Shown here: one piece after another, positions 17,493-26,825 of the stretch
Numbering within the stretch: the stretch's first letter is position 1
How the letters are laid out: each line of letters opens with the position of its first letter
Assembly: GCA_030622515.1 (NCBI GenBank)
Contig: JAUXGB010000001.1
Span: 1-45,085, forward strand
Reading direction: 5' to 3'
DNA length: 45,085 nucleotides
DNA from: Candidatus Altiarchaeota archaeon
Lineage (GTDB): Archaea > SpSt-1190 > DYHY01
The notes under the pieces: generated by a model
Database searches by the model: none
What the model saw: the letters and a program-made list of their open reading frames with translations, nothing else
What the model was told of the DNA's origin: nothing
Made by a program: the position numbers and the translations under genes

Positions 17493-17846
17493 ATGATGCA
17501 GAGGAAGCCTGCGGTTGAGCGAACCCTTGCCACTGTCAACCCTGCCGAAGACAAAAGAGTAAGGGTGACAGCCACCCTAATTGCCCGGGAGCCTGAAGCT
17601 GGCGTAATCTCCGTTGACGACGCCTCCGGCAAGACAGCAAAAGTCTTCTTCGACAGCCTAGAATTAATCGAGAAGCTCGAATCCCTTAAGGAGGGAAACC
17701 TTGTAACAATTGTCGGCCTCGTGGTCCAGACGCCAGAGGGCTTCGACATTAGCGGAGAGCTTATAATCCCGTCCAAGCTTCCTAATCCAGAACTGAAGCA
17801 AAAAGTAGATAAAATCTGGAAGGATGAGATGAAACATGACATTTAG
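17493..17846 (+). CDS. OB-fold nucleic-acid-binding protein
   Basis: 117-aa form from ATG 17493, with a TATA-like box 25 nt upstream. OB-like beta pattern RVRVTATLIAREPEAGVISVDDASGKTAKVFF...GNLVTIVGLVVQTPEG. It overlaps the pcn start by 11 nt. Confidence 0.65.
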   Translation: MMQRKPAVERTLATVNPAEDKRVRVTATLIAREPEAGVISVDDASGKTAKVFFDSLELIEKLESLKEGNLVTIVGLVVQTPEGFDISGELIIPSKLPNPELKQKVDKIWKDEMKHDI

Positions 17847-18591
17847 TGCAAAGCTATCCAACGCAAGCCTGTTTAAGGACGCCGTTGGCGCCATCTATGA
17901 ACTAATCAAAGGGGATGTCTCTTTCAAAATAACCAGCGACGGCATCTTCATGAATGCAATGGACCCGGCAAACGTCTCCATGGCCATCTTCAAGTTCCTC
18001 CGCCCGGCCTTTGAGGCCTACGAGCTTGAGGAAGAACAGCTGATAACAGTCGACATGGAGCGCTTCTTTCAGGTCCTTCGTCAGGCAAAGACCAACGACG
18101 AACTCTCTTTGAGCCTCCTCGACAACCAGCTGAAAGTAACCTTCCGCGGCGACTCCACAAGGACCTTTGCCATCCCCCTCCTCGAGTCAGTCGGCGAGGG
18201 AAAGAAAGCACCATCCCTCCAGTTCGACGCATCAGTCGTCATAGCACCCAATGTCTTCGAGCAGGGAATCTCCGACGCGGCGGCAATCGGGCAGGACGCA
18301 ATAGTCCTGATAGCTTCCGAGGGCAGCTTCGTCATGGAATCAGTTTCTTCAAGCGGCGAATCCCGCCTAACCCTCGCCTCCGGCGACGCAGCGCTCAAGA
18401 GCCTGCAGGTGCAGACCCCAGCCAAGGCCCGCTACGCCATCGACTACATGAAAAAAATCATGAAAGGCTCAAAAATATCCAACGAGCTGAAAATCTCCTT
18501 CAAGTCAGACTTCCCACTCCAGGCAGAATTCACAAAACAGGACATTGTCCACCTCTCCTACATCCTCGCCCCACGGGTCGAGACTGAGTAG
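17836..18591 (+). CDS. pcn: DNA polymerase sliding clamp PCNA
   Basis: 251-aa ORF whose length and N-terminus (FSAKLSNASLFKDAVGAIYELIKGDVSFKITSDGIFMNAMDPANVSM) are typical of archaeal PCNA. Confidence 0.9.
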   Translation: MTFSAKLSNASLFKDAVGAIYELIKGDVSFKITSDGIFMNAMDPANVSMAIFKFLRPAFEAYELEEEQLITVDMERFFQVLRQAKTNDELSLSLLDNQLKVTFRGDSTRTFAIPLLESVGEGKKAPSLQFDASVVIAPNVFEQGISDAAAIGQDAIVLIASEGSFVMESVSSSGESRLTLASGDAALKSLQVQTPAKARYAIDYMKKIMKGSKISNELKISFKSDFPLQAEFTKQDIVHLSYILAPRVETE

Positions 18592-18602
18592 TCCAACCAT
18601 AT

Positions 18603-18612
18603 CTTTATAAAC
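18603..18612 (+). promoter_or_regulatory. TATA-like box
   Basis: CTTTATAAAC is centred 25 nt upstream of GTG 18633. Confidence 0.5.
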
Positions 18613-18632
18613 GTCTTTTATCGCCTAGTGAC

Positions 18633-19355
18633 GTGAAACTTTCAATAATAATCCCGGTATACAACGAGGGCAAAACCCTTCTCAGGCTTTTGAAAAAAGT
18701 CGAAGCCGCGAAGCTGCCCAAGGGGATTAAGAAAGAAATAATAATGGTTGACGACTGCTCCAGCGACGGGAGCAGGAAGCTTCTCAAAAAACTTGAGAAG
18801 AGGAAAAAATACAAAATATTCTATCATGGGAAGAACAGGGGAAAGGGGGCAGCCATCAAGACAGCCCTCCGCCACACAACAGGCGACCTTGTCATCTTTC
18901 AGGATGCCGACCTAGAATACGACCCGAAGGACTACAGGGATTTGGTGCAGACCCTGTTGAACACGAACTCAACAATAGTCTTCGGCTCGCGGTTCGGAAG
19001 CACCCGTGCCAAAATCTCATTCAGATTATCCAAGAAAAGCAGACTTTCAAACGTTGTTCATTTCGTAGGAAATAAGTTCCTCTTAACAGCCTTCAATATC
19101 CTCTACGGCACAAGGCTTACCGACGTCGAACCATGCTACAAGCTGTTTAGGAAAAAGACACTCAAGAGTGTGAAAGTGGAGTCAGACAGGTTTGAATACG
19201 ACATAGAACTGACCTGCAAGCTGCTGAGAAAAGGCAACAAAATAATCCAGATACCTATCAGCTACTACCCGCGCTCCTTTGAAGAGGGCAAAAAAATAAC
19301 CTGGAAGGACGGGATAATCGCCCTCCATCACATGGTAAAGCACCGGTTTTTCTGA
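18633..19355 (+). CDS. family 2 glycosyltransferase (dolichyl-phosphate sugar synthase-like)
   Basis: GT2 signatures KLSIIIPVYNE, VDDCSSDGS and QDADLEYDP. GTG start with a TATA-like box 25 nt upstream. Confidence 0.85.
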   Translation: MKLSIIIPVYNEGKTLLRLLKKVEAAKLPKGIKKEIIMVDDCSSDGSRKLLKKLEKRKKYKIFYHGKNRGKGAAIKTALRHTTGDLVIFQDADLEYDPKDYRDLVQTLLNTNSTIVFGSRFGSTRAKISFRLSKKSRLSNVVHFVGNKFLLTAFNILYGTRLTDVEPCYKLFRKKTLKSVKVESDRFEYDIELTCKLLRKGNKIIQIPISYYPRSFEEGKKITWKDGIIALHHMVKHRFF

Positions 19356-19405
19356 CACAGAAAGTTATTTAAGCAAATATCAAGACAATCTGCTTGGTTA
19401 ACCAA

Positions 19406-20326
19406 ATGAAGATTGTAATTACAGGCGGTTTAGGCTACATAGGAACGGAATTATGCAGGCTATATTCAAAGGAAAGCGACAAAAAAGAAATAATCGTTGT
19501 CGACGACCGGTTTGTCTCAACCAATGTAGTTGAATTGAAGAAGCAGGGAATCAGGTTTATCCAAGGGGCCATTCTGGACAAGGAGTCCATATCAGAAATT
19601 GTAAAGGATGCCGACATAATCTACCATCTTGCCGGAATCACAGACGTGGCCTACACCAGCACAGAGTCAGATAAGGAAAAAGACCGGCTCATTGACAGGG
19701 TGGCAATCGAGGGCTCAAAAAATGTGATAGATGCAATGAAGAAGGATGCAAAAATAATATTCCCATCAACCCATGTTGTTTTCGAAGGCTTTAAGGAACC
19801 CGTATTTGACATAAAGGAAGACGAGACCCCCTGCCCTGTACTGACATATTCGAAAGGGAAATACGCCACAGAAAAATACCTCAGGGAAGGCGACAAAAAC
19901 TACATAATAACAAGACTTGCGTCAAGCTACGGTCTTGGCGGATGCACCATGAGAATCAAAATCATGCCAAACCTGTTTGCCAAAATCACTTCACAAAACG
20001 GGACAATAAGGCTTTTCGGGGGAGGGGTTCAGTACAAATCAGTTGTTCATGTCAGGGACGTTGCGAGATGCATGAAGTATCTGGCCGAGAAGAAAGAAAT
20101 TTCACGGGAAACCTTCCACGTGACAAACGAGAATCTAACAGTAAAAGAGGTTGCAGAACTCTGCAAGGAGATTAACAGCAAGGTTCAACTGGTCCCAACG
20201 GATGACGAGGTTCCAAACAAGGGCTACACCATGAGCAACAAGAAGTTATTGTCAACAGGATTCCAGTTAAAGCACAATCTTAGGGACGGGCTGAGAGAGA
20301 TGATTGAATCATGGAAGAGTACATAA
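19406..20326 (+). CDS. NAD-dependent sugar epimerase/dehydratase (extended SDR)
   Basis: Rossmann motif MKIVITGGLGYIGTEL and YxxxK (YSKGK). TTG at 19394 is an alternative start. Confidence 0.85.
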   Translation: MKIVITGGLGYIGTELCRLYSKESDKKEIIVVDDRFVSTNVVELKKQGIRFIQGAILDKESISEIVKDADIIYHLAGITDVAYTSTESDKEKDRLIDRVAIEGSKNVIDAMKKDAKIIFPSTHVVFEGFKEPVFDIKEDETPCPVLTYSKGKYATEKYLREGDKNYIITRLASSYGLGGCTMRIKIMPNLFAKITSQNGTIRLFGGGVQYKSVVHVRDVARCMKYLAEKKEISRETFHVTNENLTVKEVAELCKEINSKVQLVPTDDEVPNKGYTMSNKKLLSTGFQLKHNLRDGLREMIESWKST

Positions 20327-21939
20327 TTTCAGGAGACAAGGCTTTTGTAGACGAGAGGGGAAGGATTGACAATTACGAACTCCCGGAGCCAATAAACTGG
20401 ATAGGCATGATTTCATCCAAGAGGGGAACCTCAAGAGCAAATCACTATCACCCAATACAGCAGCAGAAATGCCTCTTGGTTAGCGGAAAATTCATAAGCC
20501 TTTTCAAAAACCTTAAGGACCCAAAAAGCCCACTAAGGACCCACATAATAAACGCGGGAGACTTGGTAGTAACGGAACCAAACATTGCCCACACAATGGT
20601 CTTCCTTGAGGACTCCCTCTTCCTAAACCTCGTCAGCGGCGAAAGGGAGCACGAGAACTTCGGAAAGCACACAATCCCCCACGAGCTGGTGAAGAAGGAA
20701 GAAGTGAAGGATTATGTAGCAAACTACAAATCAGAATGCAGGGTGTGCGGCAATCAAAGGATGAAGCAAGTCCTGTCCCTTGGCAAATCCCCCCTTGCAA
20801 ACAACCTAAAGAAGTCCAAGGATGAAGCAACAGAGATGTTCCCCCTCCAGATGGACTATTGTCCCAAATGCCACTTCTGCCAGCTAAGCTATGTTGTTCC
20901 CGCCGAAAAACTCTTCGACCACTACCTCTACGTCTCTTCAACAACCCAGACCTTCAGAAACCACTTCGAAGACCTTGCAAAAAGCATCATAACCGCCTAC
21001 AAGCTGAATGAAAAGAGCCTTGTAGTCGACATTGGCAGCAACGACGGGGTCCTTCTCAAGCCGCTAAAGGACGCAGGCGTCCAGATAATGGGCGTCGACC
21101 CTGCAAAAAACCTCTGCGACCTAGCAAACAAGAACGGCCTCGATACCCTGCGCGCATACTTCGACGACAAGACCGCAGACAAGATAATTGAAAGGAAAGG
21201 AAAAGCCGACGTAGTAACAGCGGCCAACGACTTCGCCCACAATGACAAAATCAAAGACATTACAAAAAGTGCATTCAGGCTCCTGAAGGAGGACGGCGTC
21301 TTCATAGTCGAGGTCCAGTACCTTAAGGACACCCTGAAGGACCTTACCTTTGACAACATCTACCACGAGCACGCATCCTATTACTCCGTAACCTCGCTGA
21401 ACGAGTTCTTCAAAATGCAGGACCTCCACATCGTAAAGGTCGAGCACATAAACACCCACGGCGGCTCCCTCCGGGTCTATGTCAAGCGAACAAACAGGGA
21501 CGACGACGGCACCCTCAAGAAGTTCCTCAAAGATGAAGAAGCCTTCGGCCTAAAAGATTTCAAGACCTATCAGGAGTTTGCAAGAAAGGTCGAGGACGAG
21601 AAGAAACGAACCAATCAGGCAATCGCCAAACTGAAGAAGTCCGGCAAGAAGCTTGTCGGCTACGGCAGCCCGGCAAAAGCCACCACCGTCCTAAACTTCT
21701 TCGGGATAAACAACAAGGAAATCGAGATGACAATAGATGACAACAAGCTGAAGCAGGGAAAGTGGATACCCGGGGTCGACATCCCAATCGTGAGCAAATC
21801 AGACCTAAAGGAAACCCCCGACTATATAATTGTCCTCGCGTGGAACTTTGCAAAAGAGATAAAGAAAAACAACCCTGAGCTCATCTCCAATGGCGCCAAG
21901 TTCGTAACCCTCAAGGAGCTTGCAAAAGGCGAAGCCTGA
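20311..21939 (+). CDS. fusion of a WxcM/FdtA-like cupin with an NDP-hexose C-methyltransferase (TylCIII-like)
   Basis: The N-terminal about 130 aa form a cupin (DERGRIDNYE...RANHYH...AHTMVF). Next comes the zinc-binding C-methyltransferase head CRVCGNQRMKQVLSLGKSPLANNL...CPKCHFCQLSYV, a SAM domain (LVVDIGSNDGVLLKPL), and the C-terminal domain typical of sugar C-methyltransferases. Confidence 0.8.
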   Translation: MEEYIISGDKAFVDERGRIDNYELPEPINWIGMISSKRGTSRANHYHPIQQQKCLLVSGKFISLFKNLKDPKSPLRTHIINAGDLVVTEPNIAHTMVFLEDSLFLNLVSGEREHENFGKHTIPHELVKKEEVKDYVANYKSECRVCGNQRMKQVLSLGKSPLANNLKKSKDEATEMFPLQMDYCPKCHFCQLSYVVPAEKLFDHYLYVSSTTQTFRNHFEDLAKSIITAYKLNEKSLVVDIGSNDGVLLKPLKDAGVQIMGVDPAKNLCDLANKNGLDTLRAYFDDKTADKIIERKGKADVVTAANDFAHNDKIKDITKSAFRLLKEDGVFIVEVQYLKDTLKDLTFDNIYHEHASYYSVTSLNEFFKMQDLHIVKVEHINTHGGSLRVYVKRTNRDDDGTLKKFLKDEEAFGLKDFKTYQEFARKVEDEKKRTNQAIAKLKKSGKKLVGYGSPAKATTVLNFFGINNKEIEMTIDDNKLKQGKWIPGVDIPIVSKSDLKETPDYIIVLAWNFAKEIKKNNPELISNGAKFVTLKELAKGEA

Positions 21940-21948
21940 ACCTTCACC

Positions 21949-22731
21949 CTACTTTACCGCAGTCATTATGTACATGGGATGAGCAATCCTGACCCTCTCC
22001 CCTATCTTTTCTATCCCCATGTAATCTGCGACGCCTGCCGGCTGCTTCAGCAGAAAGTCCTCAATCTTCTTTATCGAATCGTCGCCGAGGGAGAACTTTC
22101 CCTTGAACTCGTCGATATAGTGAGTAAGCTTATGATTGGGATTTTCATGAACCTCGACATTCTTGAACCCTGAAACATGCCATATGCCCATCGCCTCTTC
22201 TTTCTTCATCACATGCCTGTGCGGGTTTTTCCCGGTAACCTCCCGCTCAAGTATGGAGAACATTCCATTAACCGCATTTTGGGTCTCATCGTCCACAGCC
22301 AGCGGAAGTGCATTGATGTAACAGCCTCCTTCACTAACCATGTCATATGTGTTGTCAACAACTTCCTGCTGCCTTCCTTTTGGGAAATAGTGGTTCAAAA
22401 GCCTTGAGACAACGCAGTCGTATTGTTCAGTAGGCTCATAATCAAGAATGTCTGCCTCAATCACCCTAACGTCTCCCCGGTTAATCCCCATCAGCTGTTC
22501 TATATTGATGTCAAGGAATGTCACCTCGACATTTTTCCCAATATTGTCCTTTATGTAAAGACCAACTATCCCTGAACCGCACCCGACATCGCAGACTTTC
22601 TCAGCACTTTTCGGAACAAAGGAAAGTATCTCCCTTAGGAATCTCTCGTCAGTGTAATAGCCAAGGCTTCCTCCATAATCATCGCCAGCAGTCACCTCGT
22701 GGTCGAATACCCACTCAATCTGGTCAGGCAT
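21949..22731 (-). CDS. class I SAM-dependent methyltransferase
   Basis: Motif I VCDVGCGSGIVGLYI. The ATG at 22731 has a TATA-like box centred 26 nt upstream. The track's longer form starts at GTG 22752, inside that box. Confidence 0.8.
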   Translation of the reverse strand: MPDQIEWVFDHEVTAGDDYGGSLGYYTDERFLREILSFVPKSAEKVCDVGCGSGIVGLYIKDNIGKNVEVTFLDINIEQLMGINRGDVRVIEADILDYEPTEQYDCVVSRLLNHYFPKGRQQEVVDNTYDMVSEGGCYINALPLAVDDETQNAVNGMFSILEREVTGKNPHRHVMKKEEAMGIWHVSGFKNVEVHENPNHKLTHYIDEFKGKFSLGDDSIKKIEDFLLKQPAGVADYMGIEKIGERVRIAHPMYIMTAVK

Positions 22732-22751
22732 TACTAAACAAAAGGTTCCCA

Positions 22752-22815
22752 CTTTATAATACTAATTCTTCTCAGTTAAGGTAAAACACCTGCTTTTCAG
22801 CAACCCATTTAAATC
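22752..22815. promoter_or_regulatory. divergent TATA-like boxes
   Basis: The minus strand reads GTATTATAAAG (22752-22762), 26 nt upstream of ATG 22731. The plus strand reads CATTTAAATC (22806-22815), 25 nt upstream of ATG 22835. Confidence 0.5.
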
Positions 22816-22834
22816 CAACGAGAAAATCCACCAC

Positions 22835-23095
22835 ATGGACAAACCAAAACTAAACTACCTTGTTGACATTGGACTTTTCATATCGTTCTTAATTGTAGGA
22901 ATAACCGGCCTGCTCAAGTTCCCCGGCTTCCTCCACCTGTTCGGCCTTCGCCTCCGCGACCTGCCAGTCATCCAGCTTAGCAACCTCCACGACTGGAGCG
23001 GCCTGCTGATGGTTGCCCTAGTAGCGCTCCACCTCTTCCTCCACCGCCAGTGGATAGTCGCAATGACCTTCAGCTCCTTCAAAAAGAAGAAATAG
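22835..23095 (+). CDS. small two-helix membrane protein (DUF4405-like)
   Basis: 86-aa ORF with the pattern LVDIGLFISFLIVGITGLLKFP...LHDWSGLLMVALVALHLFLHRQW. A TATA-like box lies 25 nt upstream. Confidence 0.65.
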   Translation: MDKPKLNYLVDIGLFISFLIVGITGLLKFPGFLHLFGLRLRDLPVIQLSNLHDWSGLLMVALVALHLFLHRQWIVAMTFSSFKKKK

Positions 23096-23147
23096 CCCTA
23101 TGGAAAGTTATTTAATAGGTTGACGACTTGAAGTTAGGGTCGGAACA

Positions 23148-23405
23148 GTGAGTGACAAAGAAATATTTGAAAAACACACTCCACCGACACATCCTTCTCA
23201 ACCAGACTATCTTTCCCCACCCGAAGGGCTTGTAAGCCGGCCAACGCCAAGTTACGAAGACCTATCATGCGTCACACTACTGCCGATAAAAGTCAGGGTG
23301 GAGGGGCTTGAGGTTCTCGATGAGACCGGCTTGAGAAACGCGCCTTCAGGGGAAAATATAGTGCCCCTTGTTGTTTACCCGGGCAGGGAAAAACCCCTTT
23401 CGTAG
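23148..23405 (+). CDS. hypothetical protein, possibly the 5-prime part of a frameshifted gene
   Basis: 85-aa ORF with a GTG start. It ends just after an A5C4T3 run, and the next frame is open from 23336 to 23776. Confidence 0.4.
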   Translation: MSDKEIFEKHTPPTHPSQPDYLSPPEGLVSRPTPSYEDLSCVTLLPIKVRVEGLEVLDETGLRNAPSGENIVPLVVYPGREKPLS

Positions 23406-23437
23406 GCGCAGGATACAGTCCCAAGAACAATCCTGTA

Positions 23438-23776
23438 ATGGGGATTGGCCATCTCGAAGGCAACAGGATTATCGACTTCCACTCCACCGACCGCTCCCTC
23501 CAGTTGGGGAAGGGCTGCCATGCAATCCTCCTTCTCGACAGGTTTGGCGAGGGGACCGGGAACCTCCGGGACTGCCTTCAAGCAGCGTGCGACTACCCCA
23601 AGCCAACAGAAGCTGTTAAAAAAATGAATTCAACGCTCGGAGCGAAGGCAGTAAAAGGTATCTGCACAACCTTTATGCCAAAATACTTCACAACTGACTT
23701 GGAAGGTTTTCTCAAGGGGGCCGAACTGAACCCCGCCAGCTACCTCGAACCTGCCGGCACACCCCAGTTTAGGTAA
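23438..23776 (+). CDS. hypothetical protein, possibly the 3-prime part of a frameshifted gene
   Basis: 112-aa ORF. Its frame stays open upstream to 23336 and overlaps the end of the 23148-23405 ORF. No family recognised. Confidence 0.45.
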   Translation: MGIGHLEGNRIIDFHSTDRSLQLGKGCHAILLLDRFGEGTGNLRDCLQAACDYPKPTEAVKKMNSTLGAKAVKGICTTFMPKYFTTDLEGFLKGAELNPASYLEPAGTPQFR

Positions 23777-23817
23777 ATTCATCACCACCCCATTACACCA
23801 TTAAAGAATGGCAAACC

Positions 23818-23828
23818 TTTATATTAAA
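23818..23828 (+). promoter_or_regulatory. TATA box of the pur operon
   Basis: TTTATATTAAA has its centre 36 nt upstream of ATG 23859. This predicts a leader of about 10 nt carrying GGGGGATAGG. Confidence 0.5.
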
Positions 23829-23858
23829 CAAGACTTTTCACCCAATAAGGGGGATAGG

Positions 23859-26825
23859 ATGGTTTTCACAGTAGATGTCAGGTCGAAAATAGATGACAAA
23901 AGAGCTGAAGTTTTGAGGGAAAAACTCAGGAAAGAGGGAATTCCCGTTGACGAGGTCCAGATTGTTGACAACTACACTATAGATTACACTGAAGGGAGTG
24001 ATGACCAAATCCACCCTGAAGACATAGAGACAGTGGCCGGATTCCTTACAGACCCGGTAACTGAAGAAAGCTCAATTAATCAATCTCCCCACCCGGACGA
24101 GTTTGACTATGCAATTCAAATCGGTTTCAAACCCGGCGTAACAGACAATGTTGGGCACACTGCAAAAGAGGTAATTACAGACTATCTGCCGGGCGACATG
24201 GATGTTTACACATCACAAACAATTTTCCTCAGTGGCCAAGGGCTTCAAGAACGGGATGCAAAAGAAGTCGGTTACAAGCTTGCGAACCCCCTCATCCAGA
24301 ACATAAAGGTGAAGGGCGAAGAAATGTTTCGGATTGACAAAGGAATGGGAATAAACCGCCCTGTCGTGGAAATCGATGAAAAACCAACCGCTGACATCGT
24401 AAACCTTCTCGAAGCAAGCGACGAAGAACTAACTTTAATCGGGAAGAAAGGGCTTGCAAACCTGGACGGAACAAGGCGAGGTCCGTTGGCAATGGACCTT
24501 AACTACATGAAAGCAGTCCATTCCTATTTTGAAAAAGAGGGAAGAAACCCGACTGATGTTGAGGTCGAATCACTGGCTCAGACATGGTCAGAGCACTGCA
24601 AGCACACAACCTTTGCAAACCAAATGGACGATATTGAGGACGGAATCTTCAGTAGGTATATCAAGGGCGCAACAGATAGAATAAGGGAGCTCAAAGGCAA
24701 AGACGACTTCTGCATCTCAGTATTCAAGGATAACTCAGGCGGAATAGAATTTGACGAAGACCACATAATCTCCCACAAGGTTGAGACCCACAACAGTCCA
24801 TCAGCGCTTGACCCGTTCGGCGGTGCAATAACAGGGATTGTTGGCGTAAACCGGGACACTATGGGGTTTGGTCTTGGTGCAAAACCGGTTATCAATATCT
24901 ATGGTTTCTGTTTTGGCAATCCCGATGACGAAAGGGAGCTCTTCAAGGGACCAGACTTCACGCAAATGATGCTTTCACCAAAGAGGATTATGGAAGGTGT
25001 TGTTGAAGGAGTAAATGTTGGGGGAAACTGTTCAGGAATCCCAACACCTCAAGGCTTCACAATCTTTGATGACCGCTATCGAGGCAAACCACTTGTCTAT
25101 GTCGGAACGGTTGGCCTAATGCCTAAGGAAAGTGCCGGCAGGCTATCCCATGAGAAAAAAGCCCAACCTGGAGACTTTGTTGTCATGGCAGGTGGCCGGG
25201 TTGGCAAGGACGGTGTCCACGGTGCGACCTTCTCATCCGAACCAATGGACACAGGAAGCCCGGCAACAGCTGTCCAGATTGGCGACCCCATCACACAAAA
25301 GAAGATGAGCGATGCTCTAGTCAAGGAGGCACGCGACCTTGGCCTTTACAACAGCATAACTGACAATGGTGCAGGCGGAATATCGTGCTCGGTTGCAGAA
25401 ATGGCGGAAGAATGCGGGGGATGCCATGTCCAGCTTGACAGCGTTCCAACAAAATACGCAGGAATCAAACCATGGGAAATATGGATATCTGAATCGCAGG
25501 AAAGAATGACTCTCTCAGTCCCGCCAGGGAAGTGGGCTGAGTTTAACGACCTTATGCAAAGGCGAGGAGTTGAAGCAACAGTAATTGGGAAGTTTGAAGA
25601 TTCAGGAAAATGCGTTGTCGAATATGGCGGGGAAAAAGTAATGGATGTTGATATGGAATTTCTCCACAACGGTCTGCCATCAGAAAAACTTCATACAAAA
25701 GAACCTCAAAGGGAAACCTACGAACCCGTATTGGACGAACCTGAAGACCATAACGATACCTTCCACACCATGCTCAGGCGTCCAAACATGTCAAGCTGGG
25801 AGTTTATCTCCCAGCAGTTTGACCACGAAGTTCAGGGTGGCTCAGTAATCAAGCCTCTCCAAGGCGCAGGAGGAGTCAACGGTGATGCATCAGTAACAAG
25901 ACCTCTCTTATCTTCACAAAAAGCAGTCGTCTTGTCACAAGCACTTAACCCTTCCTACAGCGAGATAAACCCATACGACATGGCAGCTGCAGCAATTGAC
26001 ACGGCTGTGCGAAACGCAGTTGCAGCAGGGGCAAACCCGGACAAGATAGCAATTCTTGATAACTTCTGCTGGTGCAGTTCAAACGAGCCTGAAAGGCTTT
26101 GGCAGCTAAAGAAGGCAGCAGAAGCATGCTATGACACAGCTGTTGCCTATGGAACACCCTTCATCTCAGGAAAAGACAGCATGTTTAATGACTTTAAGGG
26201 ATACGATGAAAATGGGGAGCCAGTAAAAATCTCAGTTCCCCCAACACTTCTAATATCTTCAATGTCTGTAATGGATGATGCAAAAAAAGCAATCCCCCTT
26301 GACGCAAAATACGGAACTGACCTTGTCTATGTGATAGGCGAGACAAATGACGAAATGGGCGGCTCAGAATACTTCGCAATGAGAGGAAAGGGCCTTGGAA
26401 CCACAACACCAAAGGTCGATACTGAAAAAAACATGAAAGCCTACAAGGCACTTCACAATGCAATGGAACAGGACCTTGTCGAGTCAGCACAGAGCGTTCA
26501 CAGGGGAGGCCTCATAATGGCTTTGGCAAAAACATCAATGGGAGGCAAGCTTGGAATGGACCTTTACCTGAAAAACCTTCCAGGCAATTATTCAAGAGAC
26601 GACTTTGCCCTTTACTCGGAAAGTCAGGGAAGAATTGTTGTAACAGTTGAGGAAGAGAAGCAGGAAGAGTTTGAAAAAGCAATGGAAGGCGTAACTTACG
26701 GAATGATTGGGGAAGTGACGGGAGATTCCGGTTTCACAATAGAAAACTCACAAAGGGAAGAAATAATCAGGACTGACACAGATACAATGCTTGAAAACTA
26801 TAGAGCCACTTTAGGAGGGTTCTAG
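23859..26825 (+). CDS. purL: phosphoribosylformylglycinamidine synthase, PurS-like N-domain fused to PurL
   Basis: PurL core motifs SLAQTWSEHCKHTTF, ETHNSPSALDPFGGA and DNGAGGISC. An N-terminal extension of about 250 aa begins with a PurS-like strand, MVFTVDVRSK. The ATG at 23859 lies downstream of the TATA box TTTATATTAAA. ATG 23808 is an alternative but would contain that box. Confidence 0.9.
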   Translation: MVFTVDVRSKIDDKRAEVLREKLRKEGIPVDEVQIVDNYTIDYTEGSDDQIHPEDIETVAGFLTDPVTEESSINQSPHPDEFDYAIQIGFKPGVTDNVGHTAKEVITDYLPGDMDVYTSQTIFLSGQGLQERDAKEVGYKLANPLIQNIKVKGEEMFRIDKGMGINRPVVEIDEKPTADIVNLLEASDEELTLIGKKGLANLDGTRRGPLAMDLNYMKAVHSYFEKEGRNPTDVEVESLAQTWSEHCKHTTFANQMDDIEDGIFSRYIKGATDRIRELKGKDDFCISVFKDNSGGIEFDEDHIISHKVETHNSPSALDPFGGAITGIVGVNRDTMGFGLGAKPVINIYGFCFGNPDDERELFKGPDFTQMMLSPKRIMEGVVEGVNVGGNCSGIPTPQGFTIFDDRYRGKPLVYVGTVGLMPKESAGRLSHEKKAQPGDFVVMAGGRVGKDGVHGATFSSEPMDTGSPATAVQIGDPITQKKMSDALVKEARDLGLYNSITDNGAGGISCSVAEMAEECGGCHVQLDSVPTKYAGIKPWEIWISESQERMTLSVPPGKWAEFNDLMQRRGVEATVIGKFEDSGKCVVEYGGEKVMDVDMEFLHNGLPSEKLHTKEPQRETYEPVLDEPEDHNDTFHTMLRRPNMSSWEFISQQFDHEVQGGSVIKPLQGAGGVNGDASVTRPLLSSQKAVVLSQALNPSYSEINPYDMAAAAIDTAVRNAVAAGANPDKIAILDNFCWCSSNEPERLWQLKKAAEACYDTAVAYGTPFISGKDSMFNDFKGYDENGEPVKISVPPTLLISSMSVMDDAKKAIPLDAKYGTDLVYVIGETNDEMGGSEYFAMRGKGLGTTTPKVDTEKNMKAYKALHNAMEQDLVESAQSVHRGGLIMALAKTSMGGKLGMDLYLKNLPGNYSRDDFALYSESQGRIVVTVEEEKQEEFEKAMEGVTYGMIGEVTGDSGFTIENSQREEIIRTDTDTMLENYRATLGGF

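Noticed and set aside
23100-23800. Possible structured RNA (RNase P RNA or SRP RNA) in the gap before the pur operon
   Set aside because: I looked for the conserved RNase P (GGAAAGUCC, ACAGAA-N-GGCUUA) and SRP helix-8 motifs on both strands and found none. Two plus-strand frames look coding instead. I also considered archaeal IMP cyclohydrolase (PurO) because of the context, but motif spacing did not match what I remember of that family, so I make no assignment.
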